Notes: a model not told the origin generated them from the sequence alone. Shown: positions 9,732 to 19,546, numbered from the stretch's first letter. The stretch is 44,509 bases of DNA from Deltaproteobacteria bacterium (GCA_032128375.1 JAQBGU010000083.1:1-44509), one strand, 5' to 3'. A program made the numbers and translations.

Positions 9732-10690
9732 TGATCGATCTGGAGTTCGACGATGCCCAGCAGGCGATCGCGGACGGAGTCGGTCAGTTCTGTCGAGACC
9801 GGTTTCCAGAAGAAGCGGCCAAGCAGCCGCTCGAAAGTCTTCCGCGCGCACTGTGGTCCGAACTGGCAGAGCTTGGAGTCCTCGCGCTGGCTACGCCAGA
9901 GGGAGACGGCGAGGCGGTCGAAATGGTCGCGGCTTGCGAAGCGCTCGGTGGTGCAGTGTTCCCGGGGCCCCTGGTCCACACATTCATGGCGACCCAGCTC
10001 TTCGATGCGGATGAGCGCGTCGCATTGGCGTCAGGACGCATTTCGGTGTCAATCGGAGAGCCGCCGCTGATGCCTTGGGCCAACGACGCATCTCTGTTCG
10101 TAGAACTCGACGGCGACCGCGCGTTCAAGGCCAGGCCAGCGGGCCCGATTGAAGCGGTGACGACATTGGGCGGCGAACCCTGGGGGCGAGTCGAATTGGT
10201 ACGCGAGCGGGAACTGAGCGGCGTGGCTCGCGGGATCGCGCTCTACGAGATCGCGCTGGCTGCCTACCTCGCAGCGGCGGCGCGCCAACTTGTCGCGGTC
10301 ACCAGCGAACATGCGCGCACCCGAAGGCAGTTCGGGAAGTCGATCGGAGAATTCCAGGCCGTTGCCCATCCGCTGGCAGACTGCGAAATGCACATCTCGG
10401 CGGCACAGGCTCTCGCTCGCGAGGCAGCCTTTCGATTCGACGCGCCCATCGCGCGAGGGAAGAGCGCTATTCCCAATGCGCGGGTGCGCGCCACCGCGAG
10501 CACTGCGCGATTGTCGGCCGCTGCCGCTTCGATCCAATCGATATCGGTGTGCCATCAGCTCTTCGGTGCGATTGGAATTGCTCTCGCGGGACCGATCTTC
10601 CACATCACCCGCCGAATTCGCCAACTGGTCTCACAACGGCCTGGCGAGGATGCAGCACGTCGGGTTGTACTCGAACACTTCGGTGTCTGA
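9731..10690 (+). CDS. Acyl-CoA dehydrogenase, short partner-type subunit (319 aa)
   Basis: TGATG overlap with the previous gene. RRQFGKSIGEFQAVAHPLA and HQLFGAIG. No SEPxAGSD. Confidence 0.9.
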   Translation: MIDLEFDDAQQAIADGVGQFCRDRFPEEAAKQPLESLPRALWSELAELGVLALATPEGDGEAVEMVAACEALGGAVFPGPLVHTFMATQLFDADERVALASGRISVSIGEPPLMPWANDASLFVELDGDRAFKARPAGPIEAVTTLGGEPWGRVELVRERELSGVARGIALYEIALAAYLAAAARQLVAVTSEHARTRRQFGKSIGEFQAVAHPLADCEMHISAAQALAREAAFRFDAPIARGKSAIPNARVRATASTARLSAAAASIQSISVCHQLFGAIGIALAGPIFHITRRIRQLVSQRPGEDAARRVVLEHFGV

Positions 10691-10712
10691 CCCCCGTCAT
10701 CAGAGGAACTTC

Positions 10713-11588
10713 ATGGCCGAAAATTTCGAATCCCCCAAAAGCCACCACCGCGCAGTAGATCTCGACAGAACGCTCGATGGCGTGATCTACCAAAAGCGCG
10801 ACGGTATTGCGACGATTACGCTGAATCGACCCGATCGCGGAAATTCGTTGACTCCGCCCATGCAGCACGTAATGCGGGCAATCTGGGCGGATGTCCGAGA
10901 GAGCCACGATGTGCGGGTGGCGATTCTGACCGCAGCAGGCGAACGGCACTTCTGCACCGGCTTCGACATGGGCGAGAGTGACGCCTCCGACTCGGCCGAA
11001 GTATTCGCCAACCGTCCGCTCGCCGATGCGATCCACTGGTCGCCTTACCAGAACCGGGTATGGAAGCCGGTGATCTGCTGCGTCAATGGCCTGTGCATCG
11101 GCGGCGGGCATCACTTCGTTGTGGACTCAGATATCGTGATCGCTTCGCGCAACGCCAGTTTCATGGATACACACGTCAACGTGGGAATGGTTGGCGCGGT
11201 CGAAAACGTCGGGCTTGCGACCCGCCTGCCGTTGGGTGCTGCGCTTCGCATGACGCTCGTCGGTCGCGACTACCGGATGCCCGCCGAGCGCGCCCACCAG
11301 CTCGGTCTGGTCGACGAGATTGTGGCGACGCCTGCGGATCTCATGGCTGCTGCGCTCGAGATGGCACGCTCGATGCTGAAAAATTCGCCGCAGGCAATGG
11401 CACTGTCGAAGCAAGCGGTCTGGGCGGCCCGGGAGCGAGGGTATTCGGATGCGCTCGAGTATGCTTGGAGTCTGCTGCGCATCCACTGGGGCCACCCAGA
11501 TTTCGCCGAAGGCCCACGAGCATTCGCGGCAAAACGCGAGCCGGTGTGGGACCCTGATCCCAACGCGCGTCAAGGTGGCGACAAGTGA
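10713..11588 (+). CDS. Enoyl-CoA hydratase/isomerase (crotonase) family protein (291 aa)
   Basis: ITLNRPDRGNSL, HFCTGFD, KPVICCVNGLCIGGG and EGPRAFAAKREP. AGAGGA RBS before ATG 10713. Confidence 0.92.
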   Translation: MAENFESPKSHHRAVDLDRTLDGVIYQKRDGIATITLNRPDRGNSLTPPMQHVMRAIWADVRESHDVRVAILTAAGERHFCTGFDMGESDASDSAEVFANRPLADAIHWSPYQNRVWKPVICCVNGLCIGGGHHFVVDSDIVIASRNASFMDTHVNVGMVGAVENVGLATRLPLGAALRMTLVGRDYRMPAERAHQLGLVDEIVATPADLMAAALEMARSMLKNSPQAMALSKQAVWAARERGYSDALEYAWSLLRIHWGHPDFAEGPRAFAAKREPVWDPDPNARQGGDK

Positions 11589-12706
11589 ATTTTGATTTCA
11601 CGGACGATCAAGAGTCGTTCCGAAACGTCGTGGTCGAGTTTCTGTCCGACTACCGTGATCTCGACGCCTTTTTCGGCCAGGGCCACAAGTGGGAACAGGT
11701 GAAGAACTTGTTTCGTGCGATGGGGAGACACGGTTGGCTGTCGATCGGTTGGAAAGGGGAACCCAGCCCCGTCAGCGCACCGATCGCCTACGAATACATC
11801 TTGTGGGACGAGGTCGCCTACGCGCGAGCGGCCCGAAATCCGCTGGCATCCGGGATCGTCGCGAAGACCATCGCGAGGTACGGAAGCGAGGCACAGCGGG
11901 AACGATGGTTGCCTCCGATTCGAAGCGGAGAGTTGCATTTTTCTCTTGCGTATTCCGAGCCGGAAGCGGGCTCGGATCTAGCCGGTCTGCGCACGCGCGC
12001 AGAACGGGAAGGCGATCGGTACATCGTGACCGGCCAGAAATGCTGGCAGTCGTATGCGCAAGACATGGACTATTTGTGGCTGTTGTGTCGGACTGGAACC
12101 CTCGAGAGTCGCAGTCGTGGTTTGTCGCTGATGATCGTCGATATCCACGCGCCTGGAATCGATGTAAGGCCGATTCCTACACTCGACGGTGATCAACTCA
12201 ACGAGGTCCACTTTGATCAGGTCGAGGTCCCTGTCGATCAGAGAATCGGACCCGAAGATGGCGCATGGAATATCATGGGCGAGGCGCTGGCCGATGAACG
12301 CCACATCCAGTTTCCGCCCAAGCGTGTGCGACGCGATCTCGAGGAGGTGATCGAATGGGTCATCGCGGCGGGACTGGAAAGCGATCCCGTCGTCCGGCGT
12401 GTTCTGGCTGACCTCGTCGTACAGGTGCGCGAAGTCGAAGCCCACGGACTTCTGGTGCTCGATGCGATGCAACGCGGCCAGTCTGGCGCAGTGGAAGCTG
12501 CCGCCAATAAGATTGTGCACACCGTCGCCTGTCAGAAGATCGCGCGGGCGGCGCTGGACTTCGGTGGGCCGGAGGCGATCGTCGAAGGATCTCGCGTGGA
12601 ATTTCTGTGGCGCCAGAGCATGTGGGAGACGATCGGTGGTGGCACGTCCGAAGTGATGCGGGGCGTGGTTGCGCGCCACGGGTTGGGGTTGGGCGGTAGG
12701 AGTTAA
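11585..12706 (+). CDS. Acyl-CoA dehydrogenase, catalytic-type subunit (373 aa)
   Basis: GTGA overlap. YSEPEAGSDL, GQKCWQS, NEVHFD, DER and TIGGGTSEVMR. Confidence 0.92.
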   Translation: MNFDFTDDQESFRNVVVEFLSDYRDLDAFFGQGHKWEQVKNLFRAMGRHGWLSIGWKGEPSPVSAPIAYEYILWDEVAYARAARNPLASGIVAKTIARYGSEAQRERWLPPIRSGELHFSLAYSEPEAGSDLAGLRTRAEREGDRYIVTGQKCWQSYAQDMDYLWLLCRTGTLESRSRGLSLMIVDIHAPGIDVRPIPTLDGDQLNEVHFDQVEVPVDQRIGPEDGAWNIMGEALADERHIQFPPKRVRRDLEEVIEWVIAAGLESDPVVRRVLADLVVQVREVEAHGLLVLDAMQRGQSGAVEAAANKIVHTVACQKIARAALDFGGPEAIVEGSRVEFLWRQSMWETIGGGTSEVMRGVVARHGLGLGGRS

Positions 12707-12712
12707 CCACCG

Positions 12713-13138
12713 ATGCGTCTGGGCCGTCGCGTACTCGTCCGATACACGCTCTACCAGATTCCGGATCTGATACTACTCGGACTGGCGTTGGTAATCGCGG
12801 TTCGCTGGTGGGAAGTTTCGAATGAGGTGGCGTGCACGCTCTTCGCGCTTTGGGTGTTGAAGGACATCTTGATGTTTCCCGTGATGCGGGTCGGTTACGA
12901 GCAGGGTGGTTCGCCGAGTGATCGGCTGAGGGGTGCAGTGGGAATTTCGCGCGAGGCGTTGGAACCGATGGGATACGTGATGGTCGGATCGGAGCTGTGG
13001 AATGCAGAGGTAATAGCCGGTGCGGGGCCGGTCTCGGCTGGGTCGGCGGTCCGGGTCGTGAATCTCCAGGGGCTGACGTTGTTGGTCGAGCCGGTGGTCG
13101 AACCGTCGGTTGATCCGCCCGAGACGCCCACGCCCTAG
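12713..13138 (+). CDS. NfeD-like membrane protein with C-terminal OB fold (141 aa)
   Basis: Two hydrophobic helices followed by LEPMGYVMVGSELWNA and VRVVNLQGLTLLVEP. Confidence 0.8.
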   Translation: MRLGRRVLVRYTLYQIPDLILLGLALVIAVRWWEVSNEVACTLFALWVLKDILMFPVMRVGYEQGGSPSDRLRGAVGISREALEPMGYVMVGSELWNAEVIAGAGPVSAGSAVRVVNLQGLTLLVEPVVEPSVDPPETPTP

Positions 13139-13163
13139 GAGTCCGCGCGGTAGAGCGCCAGTT

Positions 13164-13643
13164 CTAACGTGCAGGCGACGCCGATGAATTCGCCCTGGTG
13201 GGCCGATCGGCCGGGCACGCGAAGCGGTCCTGCGCTTCTCGCAAGTCAGTGAGTGCCCCCCCCCAATCGTGCCAGCGCCATTCCAGGTAGTCCCATTGCT
13301 TCGATACGACCTGACCGTCCACGTACGAAACGGGAATGTCCTGGTAGTCGAAACCAGAGCAGCCTTCGGACCGCCAGGCCTCGACCACATAGACCTCGAC
13401 CCGGATTGCTCCAGCGGGGCCGCCGAAATCGATTATTCGAATAGGTGAGGCGATGGTTGCGTCTGGATTGCCGGGTATTCGAACGGCGTCTGCGCGGACG
13501 ATTTCGTGTACTCGGGCGATTGATTGACCGATGGAAACTCCACGCAGTCTCGACCGGATCTCGTAGGCTGGGACCGCATGCGGGTCCTGGCTGATGCAAC
13601 CGAGCAGCAAGAAACCTGCAACGACGGGCGCGATGCGAAGCAT
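13164..13643 (-). CDS. Putative lipoprotein, possibly DUF3192-like (159 aa)
   Basis: Signal peptide with lipobox LLLGC. The pattern IGQS..V...PVSYVDGQVV..W resembles DUF3192 from memory only. Confidence 0.6.
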   Translation of the reverse strand: MLRIAPVVAGFLLLGCISQDPHAVPAYEIRSRLRGVSIGQSIARVHEIVRADAVRIPGNPDATIASPIRIIDFGGPAGAIRVEVYVVEAWRSEGCSGFDYQDIPVSYVDGQVVSKQWDYLEWRWHDWGGALTDLREAQDRFACPADRPTRANSSASPAR

Positions 13644-13696
13644 GTGGCAAGATAGCTGAGTTGGCGGTCGAGGATGGAATCAAAAAAGGGGCTTCT

Positions 13697-14221
13697 GTGA
13701 ATCGAACAATCCTAGCGGTCCTAACAGCGGCGGCGATGCTCTCGCTTGCCGCGAGCGGAGGCGGCGCTCCCTGGCGCTATGGTCGCGTCTATGCCTGGGA
13801 GATCATGACCAAGCAAGAGCGCTTGGCGTTTCGCGAAGAGATGCGGACGTACGCTGCCTATGATGACCAATTGGCATTCTGGCGACGGCACATTGTGCGA
13901 ATGAAGGAGCGCGCATGGAACAGCGGAGTTTTTCTCGATGAGCCCCCTGAGATCATGCCTGCCGGTCAGAAAGGGTACAGGCAATTGATTTTCGCAGACC
14001 ACTTGATGACAGGAGAGGAGATCGAGGCCTACCGGGCGAAGGAGCGGAGCCTTCGCACCGAAGAAGAACACGAAGCATTTCGTCGCGAGCACGAGATCGC
14101 AATGAAAGCGAAGGCATGGGCGAAGGGGCTTCCGATCGAACCGACGCCGGCCGAGCGTAAGCGAGAAAGAGAACTACGAGAGGCAGCCGAGAAGAAAACG
14201 GCGGAGAACGGGCGGAACTGA
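13697..14221 (+). CDS. Secreted helical protein with two tandem MTxxE-type repeats (174 aa)
   Basis: GTG start gives the signal peptide MNRTILAVLTAAAMLSLAA. Two homologous units of about 55 aa (IMTKQER...MKERAWNSG and LMTGEEI...MKAKAWAKG). Confidence 0.72.
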   Translation: MNRTILAVLTAAAMLSLAASGGGAPWRYGRVYAWEIMTKQERLAFREEMRTYAAYDDQLAFWRRHIVRMKERAWNSGVFLDEPPEIMPAGQKGYRQLIFADHLMTGEEIEAYRAKERSLRTEEEHEAFRREHEIAMKAKAWAKGLPIEPTPAERKRERELREAAEKKTAENGRN

Positions 14222-14302
14222 GAATTACTTACAACATCGGCAAGGGGTACTGAAGTTGGTACCGAACCGAGATGACGGCTGAAAGAAAATGGGAGGACGC
14301 TG

Positions 14303-14854
14303 ATGCGAACACGGCTTGGTTTTTCGGTTGGTTCTATGCTTGGAATCATCGCGGGGCTTTGCCTAGCGGGTGCTTCGATCGCGGCGGACGAAAAGTCAAC
14401 AGAAACTGTATCGGAGCTGGCGACGAACTCCGCGGAACCAACATCGGAATCGGTGACGGCACAGATAGAAGAATTGGCGACACGAGTTCACGGGAATGCT
14501 CGGCGAGCGCTCGAACTTCTGGTTCGCAGCAATGGGGTACAGGAAAAGCGACCTCGCGCAAAGGAAAAGGAGGACGCGGCCGCACTGGCACAGCGCCAGA
14601 ATGACCTCGCGCAGTGGGTTTCCGACATCGAGGCCATGCGATCAGAGCTGAAAGATCATCAAGCCCAGCTGGATGCAGCTAGCGACCAGATCCAGACGAT
14701 TCGAAAACTCGAGATGACCGACAAGGAAGTCACCAAGCTGGTCAACCTCGAGCTGGGAACGCAAAAAGTCGCGATCTGGTTGCGGCGCGGAATGCGAGAT
14801 CTCGACCGGGCCTTGCGTCGGGGTGCCAATGCGCTGGATGAGCGCGTCGACTGA
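14303..14854 (+). CDS. Hypothetical exported coiled-coil protein (183 aa)
   Basis: GGGAGG RBS, N-terminal hydrophobic segment ending ASIA, and a charged helical remainder. Confidence 0.65.
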   Translation: MRTRLGFSVGSMLGIIAGLCLAGASIAADEKSTETVSELATNSAEPTSESVTAQIEELATRVHGNARRALELLVRSNGVQEKRPRAKEKEDAAALAQRQNDLAQWVSDIEAMRSELKDHQAQLDAASDQIQTIRKLEMTDKEVTKLVNLELGTQKVAIWLRRGMRDLDRALRRGANALDERVD

Positions 14855-14927
14855 AAAGACTGTCGGCCGGAATCAGTCGTGGCTAAGTGGCTAACGCGAA
14901 GCTGACTGCTCGCCAACTCGCTCCTCG

Positions 14928-15263
14928 CTACTTCTTGGTCCACTCGCCGTTGGAGGTCATCACGTACTGTCCCGCTGACGCCCGGTCGACGAGTTTCGTG
15001 CCGGCCTGGGTCTCAACTGCGTTGAGGGGTATGCCCTGTTTGGTCGCGATGCCCTGGTATTTCTCCTTGCGCTTCTCGTTGATGCTGCTCGCGAGCGCTG
15101 CCATTTCGGCCCCGGCGGCAGAGTTGACGACATGGAGATAGCCGTCGACACCTTCACCGAGCTTGCCAGCGGCTTTCGCATCCTCGAGAGAGTCTCCCAT
15201 CGCGGGTAAGGCAAAAAGGTACAACGTGGCACAGATTCCCAGTGTTCGGATCAGCCGCTGCAT
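14928..15263 (-). CDS. ydbL: YdbL (DUF1318) family periplasmic protein
   Basis: Signal peptide, AKAAGKLGEGVDGYL, INEKRKEKYQGIA and GQYV...GEW. Canonical position after ynbE. Confidence 0.88.
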   Translation of the reverse strand: MQRLIRTLGICATLYLFALPAMGDSLEDAKAAGKLGEGVDGYLHVVNSAAGAEMAALASSINEKRKEKYQGIATKQGIPLNAVETQAGTKLVDRASAGQYVMTSNGEWTKK

Positions 15264-15285
15264 GACGGGAGCCCCCCGAGTGATT

Positions 15286-15483
15286 TCAAAACAGTTCGTT
15301 GTCTTCGCTGAATAGCGCGTCGAGATCCTTATCGACCTTGACAGTGATCTCGTGCTGAATCTTCACGTTGAGATTGATCGTGATGGGTTCGGTCGGGGTT
15401 GCCACTTGGATCGTGGGGGAGCAGGCAGACGATGCGAGCGCCGCAGCGATGAAGATATCGATCCAGGCGTTTCGCCAGTTCAT
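15286..15483 (-). CDS. ynbE: YnbE family lipoprotein (65 aa)
   Basis: Lipobox SSAC, PTEPITINLNVKIQHEITVKVDKD and C-terminal ELF. Confidence 0.9.
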   Translation of the reverse strand: MNWRNAWIDIFIAAALASSACSPTIQVATPTEPITINLNVKIQHEITVKVDKDLDALFSEDNELF

Positions 15484-15534
15484 CCCGTTCCGTCTTCTCC
15501 CATCTTCTTCTCCCATCTTTGGATGGTCGCGAGG

Positions 15535-17868
15535 CTATCTCTGTGTTGTGCCGTCGTCCAGCGCTTCGAGGGGATGGACGCACGGGGATGCAGGCAAATT
15601 CACTTTGGGCCCAGAGAAGGCGCGAAACCGTTCCTCGATCAGATGAGGGATCTGATAGGCAGCGTCTCCCTTGGTGATGAGGTCCGACAATCTGGAATCG
15701 ACAGAGAGATTGAAGTGAACCAGCTGTCCTCCCTGGTAGCCGGGGTTCGAGCCCTCCAGGCCTATTGCTACGACGACCTCACCTGCAGCGTCCCCGTTGA
15801 TCGCGAGCGAGAGGTGGGTGAAGTGGAAATTCTCGAGGATTTGAAGTACGACGCCGATCTGTTCATCGGAGGCCCCGAGGCTGGCCGCTCCTGGCTCTGG
15901 TTGGTATTGAATGGTCCCACCGTCGCGTTCCGAGTGTAGTTCGGCATCGCGGATTTCGATCTGAGCGCCGTTGCGGTACAGCGGCAGTCGACCTTCGAGG
16001 ATTCCCGTCCCGCTGAGACCCTCGAGCGCAACGAGTTTGAGCAGCGCCGCGAGGTCTACACCGCCGACATCGAACACCAGGGCCTGCTGTGCGGCGAAAG
16101 GATCGAGTTGGCCGGCCGTGCTCAGTTCACCTCCAGCAAACGCCCAAACCGCCGACTCGAGCAAGATCTGGCCGGCCGGCAGGATTTGGAAAACTACCTC
16201 CCCGCCCGTCAGCTCCAGGCCGAAGCCGATTCGCCCAATGCTCAAAAGCTGCCCGGGTGGTGTCCCCGATTCGAGCAGCGATACAGCCGCATTGAGGTGC
16301 TCGATCTCGAATGCCTCCGTCTTGGCGTTGACATCGCGCAGCGCGATATCGACCTTGCCGCGGGCGCCTTCAGGGGCCCACGAGAGTGTACCCTTCGCCT
16401 CGATCGAACCCTGTGCACCACTCACCATGCCGCGCAGAATCGGCAACACACTCGTGAGCTCCGCGCCGCCCGGGCAGAATGCGAACGGTCGCAGCCGCAC
16501 CGATGCATGTCCTGCTCCGAGCTTCGATTCGTGTTTGCCTGCGATCGCGATGACGACGTTGCGCTCGGCATCTGCCATCTCGAGAGCGAATTCGATTGGG
16601 GCCCCGACCGAAGCATCCACTTCGACGAGGCTTGCATTCAAGCTCAGCTCCGAGAAGCGAGTGGGCTGCTGCGGGTCGAACAGGCTGTCGATCCGGAGTT
16701 CGGCCCTGGTTACCGCTGCACGCGGAGTCGATACTGGGGCTGTCGACAAGCGGGCTTCCGATTCTGGAGAGCTGCTGGCTTCGAGGTGGATGCCGCGTGC
16801 TCCAATCTTCATCGGTAGTTCCACGTACCCATGGTCGTCCGACAATGAGCCGGATATCACGCCACCGCTGTTTTGGCGACCCTGGATTTTCAGCCCGGGC
16901 ATTTCGCCGAAGACCTCCAGTCCGCCTCCGAAGTCGACAGAGAACGGCTCGATCGACGCGACGAGGTCCACGGCAGATTCTCCCTCACGGTGGATCGAGA
17001 CGGATTCGGATCGGACGCAGAGTTCGAGCGAGCGTGTCAGGCGGGGGCCATCGGCTATCTCGAGCCGATCGATGCGAAGCTCTGCGCACTCGTCGGCGCG
17101 AATCGAGATCTGTTCTCGCTCGACCGCGAACGTTGGGTGGGCGGACAGCGTGAAATCACCGATGTGGACCGACGGACCGAAATCGCCCGAGAGTGCCGCG
17201 TCCAACGAGATCTGGCCGGCCCACTTTTCTGGCTCACCCGTCGCGGTGAGCGCGGCCTTCAAAGTGGCGAGTCTATGCTCGAGGCCGAGTTCGACCGCCG
17301 CCTCCCATTGGCGCGGACTCTTCTGTGATACGCGGGAGTCCAGCGAGACTACGAGCGGCCCTTCGGGAGTCACCAGCTCGATGCGAGCATCGTCCAGTTC
17401 GAGTCGGTTCGTAGGCAAAGCAGGCACGGAGGTCGGACCGTTCGAAGCGTCGCTACTCGGCGCGCCAATCATCGCATCGAGTGGACCGAATGAGATACCC
17501 GAAGCGTTCAAGCTGCCGCGCAGGCGTAGTCCAGAAACACTGATTGCGTCGAACCGGCTGGCGAACAAACCAGTCGGCGAATAGCGCGCATCCAGCCGAG
17601 AGATCTGCAGCGCATCGCCGATTCGCAATCCGCGAAGCGCGAGCTGATCGCGATCGAGCCGGTCCAAAGAGACCGCGACGGTGTCCGTTTCGCCCGTCCG
17701 CCGCCGGAGTTCGTCGAGCAGCAGCGACTCCACGATCGGCTTGCGAAATCCGATCGTCAGAGCCAGGAGTCCTGCCAAGCTCGTGGCGCCAACGACGAGT
17801 AACACCAATATTCGCCGGCGCCGACGCGGCCGATCGTCGTTCCGGTCATTGGAGTCGACGCTCGCCAT
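15535..17868 (-). CDS. ydbH: YdbH-like AsmA-family intermembrane bridge protein (777 aa)
   Basis: N-terminal basic stretch plus TM anchor and a beta-rich body. C-terminal GLSGTGILEGRLPL, LENFHF and LEGSNP...VHFNL. Lies upstream of ynbE and ydbL. AAAGGGGA RBS before ATG 17868. Confidence 0.85.
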   Translation of the reverse strand: MASVDSNDRNDDRPRRRRRILVLLVVGATSLAGLLALTIGFRKPIVESLLLDELRRRTGETDTVAVSLDRLDRDQLALRGLRIGDALQISRLDARYSPTGLFASRFDAISVSGLRLRGSLNASGISFGPLDAMIGAPSSDASNGPTSVPALPTNRLELDDARIELVTPEGPLVVSLDSRVSQKSPRQWEAAVELGLEHRLATLKAALTATGEPEKWAGQISLDAALSGDFGPSVHIGDFTLSAHPTFAVEREQISIRADECAELRIDRLEIADGPRLTRSLELCVRSESVSIHREGESAVDLVASIEPFSVDFGGGLEVFGEMPGLKIQGRQNSGGVISGSLSDDHGYVELPMKIGARGIHLEASSSPESEARLSTAPVSTPRAAVTRAELRIDSLFDPQQPTRFSELSLNASLVEVDASVGAPIEFALEMADAERNVVIAIAGKHESKLGAGHASVRLRPFAFCPGGAELTSVLPILRGMVSGAQGSIEAKGTLSWAPEGARGKVDIALRDVNAKTEAFEIEHLNAAVSLLESGTPPGQLLSIGRIGFGLELTGGEVVFQILPAGQILLESAVWAFAGGELSTAGQLDPFAAQQALVFDVGGVDLAALLKLVALEGLSGTGILEGRLPLYRNGAQIEIRDAELHSERDGGTIQYQPEPGAASLGASDEQIGVVLQILENFHFTHLSLAINGDAAGEVVVAIGLEGSNPGYQGGQLVHFNLSVDSRLSDLITKGDAAYQIPHLIEERFRAFSGPKVNLPASPCVHPLEALDDGTTQR

Positions 17869-18263
17869 CGTTCCCCTTTGAGTGGAGGCGTATCCTTCGA
17901 TCCCAGCCCGAACTTGCTGTTCGCTGGCGACTGTAGCCCGTCCACTAGCGCGATCGATACTTGTACACCGAATCAAGAATGTGTAATTCGATCGCAAGCT
18001 CGCGCGGCGTTGGGGCGCGCGGCACATCAAACCCTGTCACTTTTCCGATTCGTGTACTTCGTTCACTTCCAGATCCAGAGAGGTTTCCCTCGACGTCGAT
18101 CCCGATGCTGCCCGCGTGCGGTCGCGCGAGATCGCACGAGAGAATGAGCAATCGTCTGCCAACCTTCAGAATTTGGCCGAGGCCTCCCGCCGCGGATCGT
18201 TCTGACTGCGGGCTCCGCAGAAGGTCACGGGCTCTCGTTCCGGGTGATCCCGAATCACCTATC

Positions 18264-18293
18264 TGGACAAACCCGCACCAGTCACGGCATAAT
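18264..18293 (+). promoter_or_regulatory. Putative sigma70-type promoter TGGACA-N18-CATAAT
   Basis: Both hexamers match consensus at 5 of 6 positions. Immediately followed by the palindromic operator. Confidence 0.5.
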
Positions 18294-18294
18294 C

Positions 18295-18313
18295 ATCTGA
18301 CACTCCGTCAGAT
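18295..18313. promoter_or_regulatory. Palindromic operator, copy 1 (ATCTGAC-ACTCC-GTCAGAT)
   Basis: Perfect 7-bp inverted repeat. The same motif recurs at 30948 and 34034. Confidence 0.75.
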
Positions 18314-18337
18314 TCAGCGCCGGCTGCTGGTCTGCGA

Positions 18338-19546
18338 ATGACTCGGCCCACGCAAGAGGATTCCCAATTGAGCGACCCCCAAGCCCGCGACGATGGAATG
18401 ATTCCACTCGACACCAGCGACGTCGACAAATGGATCGGCAAACCGCTCGGTGGAGGTCGCTTCAAAGACCCTGTCGCGACCAACGATATTCGGCGTTGGG
18501 TTCAGGGAATGCAGAACCCCAACCCGCTGCACTTCGACGAAGACTACGCGGCCGAGAGCCGGTTCGGGGAGATGGTTGCGCCGCAGTCTTTTGCGGTCTG
18601 CACGGATACGAGTCACGGCGCCGGGCCTGCAATCCAGGGGGTCATCCCCGGGCAACACATGATCTTCGGCGGTGACGAGTGGTGGTTCTTTGGCCCGCGA
18701 ATCTTGCCCGGAGATCGCGTCACCCACGATCGTATGCTGTACGACTACAAAGTCGCCGAGACGAAATTCGCGGGTCCGACGATGTTCTCCCGTGGTGACA
18801 CGACCTACATCAATCAGCGCGGTGAGTTGATTTGCAAGCAGCGCTCGACTTCCGTCCGCTACCTGGCAGAAAACGCCAGAGCGCTGGACATGTTCGCCGG
18901 CAACGAGGAGAAGACCTGGTCCGACCAGCAGCTCGAAGAACTCGAAAAGAAGAAGATGGATTACTACCAGAGCTTCCTGGATCTGGGTCACGACAAGCGC
19001 TTGTTCGTCAAGGTCGGTGACAAGTTGCCTACGCGACCCATCGGTCCACATTCGATTGCGAGCTTTACCACAGAGTGGCGTGCGTACGGGATGCAGGTGT
19101 GGGGTGCGACGGTGGAGTACGGCGAGAGCTCGACGATCACCGCGGGTTGGCTGCCGGAGATGTCGAGAGACCTGGAGGGTGCGAAAATCGATCCGTCCAA
19201 CGCCGACGGCCTGTACAAGGGGCCGTCGCGGGGCCACGTACAGCCGCGCTATGCGCAGTTGATCGGAATGCCACGCGGTTACGGGTACGGTGCATCGATG
19301 GGCGCCTGGATCATCGACTACCTCACAAACTGGGGAGGCGAATGGAGCGTGATCGCGTACAGCAACATGCAGTACCGCGCGCCGGCGCTCACGGGCGACA
19401 TCACCTACCTCGATGGGGAGGTAATCGAACTCGGACATGACCCTGCCTCAGGCGTGCCGGCTACAACCATCCAAGTGACGATGACCAACCAAGACCAGGC
19501 TGTGATGGCCACCGGAACGGCAGAACTCACGCTCCCGGCGCCGTAG
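18338..19546 (+). CDS. Double hotdog-fold MaoC/FAS1-like dehydratase (alternative TTG start at 18368)
   Basis: DIRRWV...NPNPLHFD...APQSF, GGDEWWF and PGD in the first domain. A second domain has GH...A...GMPRGYGYG and GDITYLDGEV. An AGAGGA RBS favours 18368. Confidence 0.85.
   Translation: MTRPTQEDSQLSDPQARDDGMIPLDTSDVDKWIGKPLGGGRFKDPVATNDIRRWVQGMQNPNPLHFDEDYAAESRFGEMVAPQSFAVCTDTSHGAGPAIQGVIPGQHMIFGGDEWWFFGPRILPGDRVTHDRMLYDYKVAETKFAGPTMFSRGDTTYINQRGELICKQRSTSVRYLAENARALDMFAGNEEKTWSDQQLEELEKKKMDYYQSFLDLGHDKRLFVKVGDKLPTRPIGPHSIASFTTEWRAYGMQVWGATVEYGESSTITAGWLPEMSRDLEGAKIDPSNADGLYKGPSRGHVQPRYAQLIGMPRGYGYGASMGAWIIDYLTNWGGEWSVIAYSNMQYRAPALTGDITYLDGEVIELGHDPASGVPATTIQVTMTNQDQAVMATGTAELTLPAP

Noticed and set aside
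10686..10699. TCTGACCCCCGTCA as an operator copy
   Set aside because: Wrong spacing, an incomplete right arm, and it overlaps a stop codon inside an operon.
15971..17584. 537-aa plus-strand ORF
   Set aside because: Antisense to ydbH, Ser-rich with no motifs; a typical GC-rich shadow ORF.
17869..18263. Long divergent spacer as a possible ncRNA or riboswitch
   Set aside because: I could not recognise a conserved RNA motif or a convincing terminator. A covariance-model search would be needed.
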